A stretch of DNA of 64,000 nucleotides from contig CAWKDB010000010.1 in assembly GCA_963848295.1 (NCBI GenBank), forward strand, positions 288,001 to 352,000. Reading direction: 5' to 3'. The translations under genes and the position numbers were made by a program. The DNA is from an uncultured delta proteobacterium (GTDB lineage: Bacteria > Myxococcota_A > Polyangia > Haliangiales > Haliangiaceae). Below are positions 30,581-44,400 of the stretch, in pieces (positions within the stretch are counted from its first letter, which is position 1; every line of letters begins with the position of its first letter). Under the pieces are notes generated by a model. The model was not told where the DNA came from and ran no database searches. It saw only the letters and a list, made by a program, of their open reading frames with translations.

Positions 30581-31789
30581 CAGTAGCCGTGCTTGCGCAG
30601 CGAGACGTTCGCGACCAGGCCCATCGCCAGGAAGAAGGTGACGAGCGAGCTGCCGCCGTACGAGATGAACGGCAGCGTCACGCCGACCACCGGCGCGATG
30701 CCGAGCACCATCGCGATGTTGACGACGACGTGCCAGAACGTCATCGCGGCGACGCCGATGCAGATCACCGAGCCGACGCGATCGCGCGCGTTGAGCGCGA
30801 CGTTGACCGTCCACAGCAAGAGGAAGCCGAAGATCGCGAGCAGGAACACCGAACCGATGAACCCCCACTCCTCGGCCCACACCGAGTACGGGAAATCGGT
30901 CCAGTGCTCGGGCACGAAGTTGAGCCGGTTCTGCGTGCCCTCGAGGAAGCCCTTGCCCCAGATCTCGCCCGGACCCGACGGCGTAGACCGATTGCTGGGT
31001 CTGCAAACACAAGTCGGACAGCGACTTGCTCGGCATCTGACTGCAATCGATGAAGCCGAGGATCCGATTCCGCTGATAGTCCTGCAGCTTCTCCCACAGG
31101 AACGGGATCGTGGCGAGCATCCCTGCGGTCAGGTAGACCATCGGCCACACGCTCGGCATCGCGAGGAATCCGACCGTCAGCACGATCAACGCGAGCAGCA
31201 CCGCGGTGCCCAGGTCGGGCTGAACAGCGACGAGCACGATGGGCAGCGCGAGCAGCGCGAGCCGGAACGCGAACGAGCGCGGCGACCAGATCCACCCCGC
31301 GTAGTGCGTCGGCTCGGAGGTGGAGTACAGCCGCGCGAGCACGAGGACGAACGTCAGCTTGACCAACTCCGACGGCTGGATCCCGAACCCGCCGATGTTG
31401 AGCCAGCGATACGTGAAGCCATGGCCGTTGGTGTCGACGTGATGCCCGACCACACGCGCCACGAGCAAGAGCAAGGTCGCGATGCCCAGCCCGATCCACG
31501 CGACGCGCACGAGCGAGCGATAGTCGACGATCGTCGCGATCATGAACGCGATCACGCCGACGACCATCCATTCGAGCTGGGTGTCGAACTTCGCCTGGTG
31601 GCGCGCGACCACCTGCGCGTTCAACCCGAGGTCGCTTCGGCCGCGCGTGGCCGAGTAGAGATTCACCAGGCCGATCGCGCACAGCGCGAGCATCGTCGCG
31701 ATCAACGGCCAATCGACCGCCGCGCGGAACCGCCGCCAGCGCGACACGCCGATCGTAGTACGCGGCAGCTCGAGCCCGAGGCCCTTCAC
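30580..31789 (-). CDS. rodA: Rod shape-determining protein RodA (1-bp apparent frameshift at ~30969)
   Basis: RWLNIGGFGIQPSELVK, QPDLGTA, YQRNRI; removing one G gives [30 protein letters not shown]...LPFISYGGSS. Confidence 0.93.
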
Positions 31790-33675
31790 GGCGTCGCTCC
31801 GGTCGCGATCGGGTGTGCGTCCGGGGGATGCCGCGTGTACCACGTCTCGATGATCTGCTTCGCGATCGGCCACGCGACGGCACCGCCGCCGCCGCCGTGC
31901 TCGACCATCACGACGATCACGAACTCGGGGTTCTCGGCTGGCGCCCAGCCCGCGAACCAGGCATGCGCCGCATTCGGATGCCAGCCGTCGACATCGCGCT
32001 CCTCGTCCTGACGGTGGTGCTTCTTGACCTCGGCGGTGCCGGTCTTGCCCATGACCGGCACGACGTCGGCGTGGCCGTGCGCGTATGCGGTGCCGCCCGG
32101 CTCGTTCGTGACCTTCCACATGCCGCGCTTCCACGTGTCGAGGGCGTCCGCCGGAGTCTTGATCTTATGGGCCACGGTCGGGCCGTAGGTCGCGATCACG
32201 TGGCCGTCGTTCGCTTCGATCCGCTCGACGACCTGCGGGACGTACAGCGTGCCGCCGTTCGCGATCGCGGCGTAGGCCATCGCCATCTGCAACGGGGTCA
32301 CCTCGACATCGCCTTGACCGATCGCGGCATTCATCGCGTAGCCGACCTTGTAGCGCGTGTGTTGCTCGTACCAAGCCTTCGTCGGCACGAGCCCGGCGGA
32401 GTCGCCGTTGATCCCGAGGTTCGTCGGCGAGCCGAGGCCGTACTCGCGAGCGACCTCCGCGATGCGATCGAGGCCGACGTTTTCGGCGAGATGCCAGAAG
32501 TAGACATCGCACGAGTGCTGGATCGCGCCGAGCAAGTCGAGCTTGCCGTGCGTGCCGTCACAGTGGAAGTGCGTGCCCGAGATCTCGTACTCGCCGTTGC
32601 AGAACACGGTGTCGGTCTCGGCGACCTGACCGTCTTCGAGAGCGGCGAACGCTGTCGCGAACTTGAAGATCGATCCGGGCGGATAGGTCGCGCGCAACGC
32701 CTTGTCGATGAAAGGCTTGCGCGGGTCGTCCGTCAGCAGCGTGTACTCGGCCTTCGTCAGGTGGCCGGTCATCACGTTCGGATCGAACGACGGCTTGCTG
32801 ACGACCGCGAGGAGCTTGCCGGTCGAGGGCTCGACGATCACGACCGCGGAGGCCTGGACGTGCGCGACCGCTTTCTCCGCGATCTTCTGGAGCTCGCTGT
32901 CGATCGTGAGCACGAGGTTCGCGCCGGGGGTCGCTTCATCGACGCGTTGGCCGTCGATCAGCCCCGCGGCGGTCTTCTCGTCGAGCCGTTGCCCGCGCGC
33001 GTCGACCGCGTAGTGCTCCTTGCCCTTCTTGCCGCGCAGGTAGTTCTCGAACGCCGCTTCGAGCCCGGCCCTACCGACGAGCTCGCTCGGATCGTAGTTT
33101 TGCTGGGCCAGCCGATCGACCTCGTCGGCCTTCATCTGCGTCATGTAGCCGATCAGGTGGGCGGCGAGCTCGCCTTGAGGGTAGTACCGATACGGCTCGT
33201 GCCGGACCTCGACCCCGGGCAACCGGCCGAGCGCCTGCTCGACGAGCGCGGCGCGATCGCGACCCTGATCTTCGAGGACGAGCACGGGCTGCTTCGGGTC
33301 TCGCTTCGTCCCGACCTCGAGCCGAGCGTCGATCGAAGCGACCTCGTCGTCGGACAGCCCGAGCATCCGCGTCAGATCGGCCTCGACGTCTTTCGTGAGC
33401 AGCCTCGGCGTCGCGTACAGGTTGAACGCCGGCCGATTGTCGGCGAGCGGGACGCCGTTGCGATCGAGGATCTTGCCGCGCACCGACGGCAAGTAGCGCT
33501 CCTTGACCACGTTCGACACGGTGCGCTCGAAGTAGCTGTCGCCGCGGATGACTTGGAGTTGCCACAGCCGGCCGACGAGCAGAAAGAACGTCACGACCAC
33601 GACGAGCGCGACCCAGCGCAGCCGGCGCCGCAGCTCCGGTAACGCAGGTCCACCGCGCGACGACTCGTGCAGCAT
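31786..33675 (-). CDS. mrdA: Penicillin-binding protein 2
   Basis: RGKILDRNG, YPPGSIFK (SxxK), SCDVYF, GKTGTAE; within the mre operon. Confidence 0.95.
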   Translation of the reverse strand: MLHESSRGGPALPELRRRLRWVALVVVVTFFLLVGRLWQLQVIRGDSYFERTVSNVVKERYLPSVRGKILDRNGVPLADNRPAFNLYATPRLLTKDVEADLTRMLGLSDDEVASIDARLEVGTKRDPKQPVLVLEDQGRDRAALVEQALGRLPGVEVRHEPYRYYPQGELAAHLIGYMTQMKADEVDRLAQQNYDPSELVGRAGLEAAFENYLRGKKGKEHYAVDARGQRLDEKTAAGLIDGQRVDEATPGANLVLTIDSELQKIAEKAVAHVQASAVVIVEPSTGKLLAVVSKPSFDPNVMTGHLTKAEYTLLTDDPRKPFIDKALRATYPPGSIFKFATAFAALEDGQVAETDTVFCNGEYEISGTHFHCDGTHGKLDLLGAIQHSCDVYFWHLAENVGLDRIAEVAREYGLGSPTNLGINGDSAGLVPTKAWYEQHTRYKVGYAMNAAIGQGDVEVTPLQMAMAYAAIANGGTLYVPQVVERIEANDGHVIATYGPTVAHKIKTPADALDTWKRGMWKVTNEPGGTAYAHGHADVVPVMGKTGTAEVKKHHRQDEERDVDGWHPNAAHAWFAGWAPAENPEFVIVVMVEHGGGGGAVAWPIAKQIIETWYTRHPPDAHPIATGATP

Positions 33676-34217
33676 CAGGGCGCCAAGCCTTCGAGCGCCG
33701 CGTCGCGCTCGCGATGCGTGCGTGCGTAGGCGGCGTCGATCCGTTTGAATACCCGCCATACGAGCGGGCCGATCACCGCCGTCGCGATCGTGACGAGTGC
33801 GGCGTGGCGCAGCTCGACCGACCAGCTCGCGCGCGGGACGTGATAGAGCGCGCGGATGACGAGCGCGAAGATCGCGGCGACCAGCGCGACGAACGCCGAG
33901 AACGCCATCGTCATCGCCGTGCCGCGGACGTAGATCCGCTGCTGGACGCCGCGCGCGACGAGGCACGCGAGCCCGAGCACGAGCGCGCACAAGCCGGGAG
34001 GCGCGCCCGAGACCAGGTCGATGAAATAGCCGAGCAGGACCGAGCCCGCGACCGCCGGCGCGACGCCCCGCCGCGCGGTGAGCCCGAGGTAAGCCGCGGT
34101 GAGCGCGCCGAGATCCGGCACCGCATCGTAGATCGGCCCGAACGCGACGAGCCGCCACGCCGCCGCGACGACCACGCACAGCGTGTAAGCGACGAGCACG
34201 ATCGTCGCGTTGCGCAC
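33675..34217 (-). CDS. mreD: Rod shape-determining protein MreD
   Basis: Hydrophobic 180-aa ORF between mreC and mrdA; PDL and LGYFIDL motifs. Confidence 0.8.
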   Translation of the reverse strand: MRNATIVLVAYTLCVVVAAAWRLVAFGPIYDAVPDLGALTAAYLGLTARRGVAPAVAGSVLLGYFIDLVSGAPPGLCALVLGLACLVARGVQQRIYVRGTAMTMAFSAFVALVAAIFALVIRALYHVPRASWSVELRHAALVTIATAVIGPLVWRVFKRIDAAYARTHRERDAALEGLAP

Positions 34218-35122
34218 TACAGCGCCCTCGCGCCGAAAGCGGGCTCGCTGCGCTTCTTGGTCTTCGCGTCGGGATCGACCGGCGGCAGCGGCGCGAGCAG
34301 CACGAGCGCGGTGCGGACGCGTGAGACGTCGACCGCCGGCTCGACCTCGACTTGCTGGAACATCCCGTCATCGCGCGCGACCTTGCTGACCTTGCCGACG
34401 ACGAGCCCGGGCGGGAAGCTCGCGCCGAGTCCGGAGGTCACGACCTCATCGCCGACCTTGATCTTGTCCTCGGGCTTGGCCTGGCGCTCGAGCCATTCGA
34501 TCGCGCACGCATAGGAGTCGGGCCGGCCTAGCCCGGTCAGCATGCCGCGACCACCGGTGCGCGGAATGACGACCTCGATCGACGATGCGGGGTCGCTGAT
34601 CAGCGTGACGTCGGCGTAGTCGCTGTAGACCTTGTCGATGCGACCGACCGGTCCGGTGCCGACGATCACCGGCATCCCCGGCGCGACGTCCTTGTCGCCG
34701 CGATCGATGCGAATGCGCAGCACGCGAAACTGCGGCGACAACGGCGCACCGATGACGCGCGCGCCGACGGTGTCAGCCGGTGTCTCGCGCTTGACGACCG
34801 CGAGATCTTCGAGCGCGGACGCATCGAAAGCGCGACGCGACATCGTCGCCAGCTGTTTGCGCAGGTCGTCGTTCTCGGCGCGCAGCTCGCGATTCTCGCC
34901 TTCGACGTCGACGAGCGCGACGTAGCGCGACCAGATCCCGCCGATCCCACCGACGACCCAGGTCACGCCGGCCTCGAGCGGGGCGGTGATCCGCAGCAGC
35001 GCGCGGTCGATCCCCGACGGCTGACCGCGCGACAGGCTCGCGCGCAACACGAGCGCGGGCATCACGATCAACAGGCCGACGAGCGACCAGTCGACCAACC
35101 GGCGCTGGAGGGTCATCGCCAT
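34217..35122 (-). CDS. mreC: Rod shape-determining protein MreC
   Basis: TM plus coiled coil (ENRELRAEN), IDRG, GDEVVTSGLGASFPPGLVVG. Confidence 0.93.
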   Translation of the reverse strand: MAMTLQRRLVDWSLVGLLIVMPALVLRASLSRGQPSGIDRALLRITAPLEAGVTWVVGGIGGIWSRYVALVDVEGENRELRAENDDLRKQLATMSRRAFDASALEDLAVVKRETPADTVGARVIGAPLSPQFRVLRIRIDRGDKDVAPGMPVIVGTGPVGRIDKVYSDYADVTLISDPASSIEVVIPRTGGRGMLTGLGRPDSYACAIEWLERQAKPEDKIKVGDEVVTSGLGASFPPGLVVGKVSKVARDDGMFQQVEVEPAVDVSRVRTALVLLAPLPPVDPDAKTKKRSEPAFGARAL

Positions 35123-35129
35123 CCGGTGG

Positions 35130-38408
<3,279 letters not shown>

Positions 38409-38442
38409 GCAACCAGTCGAGCTTCTTGGTACCTTCGTAGCC

Positions 38443-41400
38443 GTGCTCGAGGCGACCGCCGGATCGCGGCGGCTACCATTTACTTTCCAGGCGCCCGGAG
38501 GGGTCGGTCGGCTCTCGCTGACCGACCTCGATGTCGGCGCGCTGACGATCGATCAGCTCGAGCTCGAGGTCTCCGAGCTCGGAACCGCGCCGGGTCCGAC
38601 CACAGCGGCCGAGCGCTTTCAGCGGCGACGCACCCGGCTGCGCGCGCTCACCATCCGCACGAGTGCCGCGGCGATCGACGCGCGACTCGACGCGATCAGC
38701 CGTCACCTCGCCGGGCTCGGCATCACCGGCGCCGCCGCTCGGCTCGGCGATGGCTTCGTATCGATTCGCGCGCGCGCGGCGGACGGCTTGGCGACCGCGG
38801 ATGTCTCGTTCCGGATCGAGCTCGTCCCCGCCGGCGTCCACCTCCGCGCGATCGCGAGCCACATCCGGGTCCACGGCCACCTGCCCACGCCGGGCCCGGT
38901 GATCGCCGATCGCATCCTCGTCGCGTTGTTCGCCGCGACCGATGTACCGGGGATGGCCGAACGCCCGCACTCGCGCGGGCTGTGCGACATCGAGGTCGAT
39001 CTGATCGGCGCGCTGCTGTGGCACCTGATGCCGCCGGCCGGCTGGCGGCTCCCGGCGACGAGCGATGTCGAGCTCGTGCACCTGCGCATCGCGCGGACCG
39101 GGATCGAGGTCGGCTTTGGCCCTTCGGGATCGCGAACCGGCGAGCTCGGCGTGCGCGCGCAGGCGTTGCAGCTCGCGTCGACTCACGACCTGATGCATTC
39201 CGCCGACGATCAAGTGCGCGCCGGTCACGTCGAAGAGGCGATGCGCGGCTATCGCGCGCTGTTGGCGGCAGGCGGTCCGGATCAGCCGCTGTTGCTCGAG
39301 CGCATCCTCGCGCTCGCGGCGGCGCGCCCGGCCTGGTATTTCGACGGGCTCGAGCTCGCCCGCCAAGCGCTGCGCCGCTGGCCGCAATTCGGCGCTGCGC
39401 ACGCGGCGCTCGGCTCGATCACGCTCGCGCAGGGCGATGCTCGCGAGGCGGCGCGCCACCTGACCGAGCTCGCGCAGCTCGCGAGCGCCGAGGTCGACGA
39501 CGATCAGGCCGCGCTCGCCGCGCTCGCCGGCGCACGGTTGCTCCGCGTCCTCGATCCGCGCTCCGCGACCGCGTTGTACGAGCTCGCGCTCGAGCACGAT
39601 CCGAGCTCGGCCGAGGCCGCGGATGCGCTCGCCGATCGGCTCGGCGACGAGCAACGTTGGACCGAGCTCGTGCGGTTGTTGCGATCGCGAGCGGTCGAGG
39701 CCGACAACGTGCGCGCGGTCGAGCTGCGGTTGCGCCTGGCCGACGTGCTCGTCCACCGCCTCAACGATCCCCTCGGCGCACATCACGAGCTCGATACCGC
39801 GCGATCGCTGGCACCGAACGACCCGGCGGTGTTCGAGATGACCGCGATGATCCTCGCGGCGAGCGATCCGAAAGCTGCGGTCGAGGCCTGGCGCGATGTG
39901 GCTCGGCTCGCCGCCGATCGCGAGGACCATCGCACCGGGGCCCGCGCGTTCGCGATGATCGGCGAGCTGCTGTCCGCCGATGAAGCGACCGACGAGGCTA
40001 TGTCCGCGTGGACGCGTGCGCTCGAGCTCGATCCGCTCCAGCACGCCGCGATCGCGGGGCTCGCTGGACTCGCCGCGGCCAAGGGCGACCACCTGGTCGC
40101 GGCCGACCTCTATCAACGACTGCGCGGCACCGGGCTCGCGCAGAGCTCCGCGGCGCGCTACGAGCTGCTGCTCGCGCGCTCGCTGGTCATGCTCGGCCTG
40201 ATGGACGAAGCGCGCGCGAGCCTCCGGCGCGCGACCGTCGGTGGTGGCGAGACCGCGGCTGAAGCGCATGCCGTGCTCGCCGAGATTGCCGAGGCCGGCT
40301 TCGATCGCGATCACGCGGTCGGCGAGCTCGACACCGCGATCGGCTCGCTCGTCGAGCTCGCGCGCGAGTCGATCGCCGAAGCGGAGCTCGGTGGCGGTGC
40401 ACCGGAGGCCGACCGGCTCTATGCCCGCGCCGCCGAGCTCGCGATGTTGCGCGCGACGTTGCTCGATCAGGCCGGTCACGCCGATCAAGCCACCGGCGAT
40501 TGGGCACGCGCGCACGAGCTCGCGGGCAGCCACGCTCCGCACATCGCACGCGAGGCGGCACGGACGATGTTGTCCCGCGCTGCGGGAGGCCACGCCGAGC
40601 GCAAGTGGATCGACGGCGTGCTCGCGACCGAACCGCCGGCTCCCGAGCGCGCCGCGCTGCTCGTCCATCGCGCCGACGTGCGACGCCACGAGCCGACGCC
40701 GGATCTCGTCGCGGCGGTCGCCGATCTGCGGGAGGCGATCGCCGCGATCGAAGGCCTCACCGACGACAGCCCGAGCCACACCCGCCGCCGCGCCTACCAG
40801 CTCGAGGCCGAGCTGCTCGCGCTGTCGGGCGATCGCCGCGCTCGTGCCCAAGCGCTCGCCGCGCTCGCGCGCATGGCCGATCGAGCGATCGACAAGGTCG
40901 CGGTCGAGACCGCCGCCGCCGCCGCGTGGCTCGAGGCCGACGAGCCGACCGCCGCCCTGCCCCACGCAGCGCGCGCGCACGCCGAGCTCCCCGTCGATGC
41001 GTCGCCGGCGCTGCGTCGCGATGTGCTGGTGACGCTCGGGGAAGCGGCGTGGCGACAGCGCGCGTGGCCCGATGTGATCCGCGCCTATCGCGGGCTCGTC
41101 GCGGACGCAGGCGTCGAGCCCGTCGATCGCGGGACCTATCGCTATCGGCTCGCGGTCGGAGCCGATCGCAGCGGCGACGCCGAGCTCGCGCTCGAGTCGC
41201 TGCGTGCGCTCGTGATTCCGGCGAGCGACGACGACGCGCGCGCGACGCCGCCCGAGATCCGCGGCAAGGCGTTACGGCTGTACGCCGACCTGGCCGAGCG
41301 GTCCGGTGACCTCGGCGCTGCAGCGACCGCACTCGAAGCATTCGCGAACGTCGCGGCAGAGTCGACGCCGAGCGCGCGCGCGGACGCGATGTACCGCGCG

Positions 41401-44400
41401 GGCGAGCTATTCCGGCGCGCGAACCGCCCGGACGATGCGGTGCGCTGTCTCGAAGGCGCGCTGCGGATCTCCGAGACTCACTTGCCCGCGCTCGATGCGC
41501 TCGAGCTCGCGTGGCGCGAGCGCGGTGATCTCGAACGCGTCTCGGTGATCCTCGGCCGCAAGGTCGCGGCGACGGCGCGTCATCCGCAGCGCCAGAAGCC
41601 GCTGCTGTCGCGCCTCGGCGATCTCCAGGATCAACTCGGCCGGCCGGAGGTCGCGCTCGCGACGCACCAGCGCGCGCTCGAGATCGACTCGACATGGCGG
41701 CCGTCGCTGCGCTACGTGACGAGCCGGCTCCAAGCAGACGGGGCGATCGTCGCGGCGGTCGAAGGCGTGGCCCAGCTCGCGGGCGAGCTACCAGGTGATA
41801 GCGGCGCCGACGGTGCGGTCGTCGGACGCGAACGCCAGCTCGCGGCACAAGCGCTCGCCGAGCTCGTCGGCCGGCTCGATCCCGGTCAGCTGGCGGCGGT
41901 CGGTCCGTTCGCTCGCCCCGCGCTCGAGCGCGCCGCCGCCAGCGGCGCTGACGTCGCGAGCGCACTCGCGCGCTTGCGCGGCGAACCGGCACCGCGCGCA
42001 CCGACCGGCGACTCCGAAGAAAACACGCAGAGCGGCCGGTCGCGCGCCGCCGCTGGTGGCGCGCTGTCGTTGCGCGATGCCGCCGCGCGCTCGCGCGCCG
42101 CGGGCAAGCTCGACGATGCGCTCGCATCGCTCGAGACCGCGAATCACGTCTCGCCCGGTGACGTCAGCGTCTTGCGCGAGCTCGTCGACGTCGCCTCCGA
42201 GGCCGGCGACTATCGCGCCGCCGCTCGCCACATCGCCGCGCTCGCGGGAGCGCAGTCCGGGGCCCGCCGCGCCGATACGTTGCTCGAGCTCGCGGATCTA
42301 TTTTACGACCAACTCGACGACGCCAGCGCCGCGCGCAGCACGATGCGCGATGCCGCCGACGAGCTCGGCCCGGGGGCGCGACGCGACGCGACCCTGCGCA
42401 TGCTCGCGAGTGAGTCCGCGACCCATCTCGCCTGGGATACCGCGGTCGATGCGCTGGGCGCGATCGCCGATGATCGCCGCACGGCCGCCGATATCATCCA
42501 ACTCGCGACTGCGTTGTTGCGCGCAGGGCGACCGCTCGATGCCGCGATGCTCGCCGAGCAGAACGCCGAGCTGCTGGCCGATGACGGCATGCTCGCGCGC
42601 GACATGCGTGCCGAGGTCGCTCGCCGCGAATCGCTCGAGCGCAACCCGACGCACGACTTCCCCGCCCCGGTCGTGCTCGACGCCGCCGCCCGGGAGCTCG
42701 AGTCCGCCGATCTCGAGCCCGCCGACGAGCCGGTTGACCGACCGGGCGGTTCCTTCGACAGCGTCGCCGCACTCGAGGACATCGCGAGCACCGCGACCGG
42801 GCGCGAACAGGCGGCCGCGCTTCACGATCTCGCGCTGATCGCGCGCGGCTCGCGCGATCCGATCCGCGCCGCGGCGTTGTGGACCAAGGCGCATCGCGTG
42901 GACCCGGATTACCCGCCGGTGTGGATGCCGCTTGCCGACGCGCTCGTCGGTGCCGACGATCTCGACGCGGCGCGCGAGCTCTACGAACGGATCGCGGCGT
43001 CCACCGCGTACGATGCCGAGCGTCGCGCGTTTGCCGCCGATCGCGCCGAGGCGCTCGGGCATGACGACTCGATCGTCTCCGGCGAGGTCCGCAGTCGCGC
43101 CGGCTCGACCGCGCCCGAGCTCGAAGCCGCGCGCGAGCTCGCCGAAGCCGACGACCTGCAAGGCGCGATCGCCGCTGCCGAGCGTGCGGCCGCCGAGGCG
43201 CCTGACGACCCATCGGCGCTGCAATTGCTCGAGGTGCTCTACTTCGAGGCCGGCGACATCACCGCGGCCTCCGAAGCGATCGGTCGCCAGCTCGTCGCTG
43301 CCGAACAGCCCGAACAACGCGCCCTGCTGTGGCGGCGACGCGCGAAGCTCTATCGCGACGCGCTCGGCCGCGACGCCGAGGCGTACCGCTGTCTCAAGGA
43401 GGCGCACGCGTGCGCGCCGGCGGATCCAGAGATCGCGTATCAGCTGCGCACCGCGGCGATGGTGCGCGGCGAATGGGCGCTCGTCGCTTCGCTGCTCTAT
43501 CGCGAGATCGCCGCGGCCGGTAGCCCGCGCGATCGCGGCGCGCTCCACCTCGAGCTCGCGTTGATCTACGCAGAGAAGCTCGACGACCCGGCGCAGGCAC
43601 AGGTCAACTTCGAGCAAGCGCTCGCGTTCGACCCGACGATCCCGGCGGCGCGCGCACCGCTCGCCGCGCGTTACGAAGCGATCGGCCGGTACTTCGATGC
43701 AGCGCGCTTGTACGAAGAAGCGGCCAGCGCCGCGCGCCCGTCGGATCGCGCGCAACTCCTCGCGTCGGCGGCTCGCTGCCGGAGCTCCGCAAACAACGCC
43801 GCCGGTCAGTCCGAGCTCGCATCGAAGCTCGCCACCGCGGATGCCGCTGGCGAGCTCGACGCCGCGACCGATCTCGCGCACCAGCTGTGGCGCGCCGAAC
43901 CCGGTCACCCCACCGCGTTCCGCGTCCTCGCGAGCCGGCATCGCGCGGCGGGTGATCTGCCAGCGCTCAGCGAGATCACGAGCGCGTACGCGGCCCGTAG
44001 CGCCGATGCGCCGAACGCCGAACGGCTTGCGCTCGGCGGTGCGCGTGCCGCCGCCTGGCTCGATGTCGCGCGGCTCGCCGACGATCTCGGCGCGCTCGAG
44101 CAAGCGGCGCGTGCGTACGACCTCGCGCTGATCGAAGATCCGGGCCACACGCGCGCGCTCGACGCGCGCGGCGGACTCGCGTTCCGACTCGGGGACTACG
44201 CGACGGCCGATCTCATCTACCGCGACCTCAGCCCGGGCGAGAGCGAGCTCGGTGAAGACGACCTCGCGCTGCGCCGCTCGTTGATCGCGGAGCACCTCGG
44301 CCGCGACAGTGAAGCGCTCGAGCTGGCGCGGATCGCTGCGGCAGCCGCCCCGGGCCGCATCGACCTGCTCGCTCGGTTGCAGAGCCTCGCGGCGCAGATC

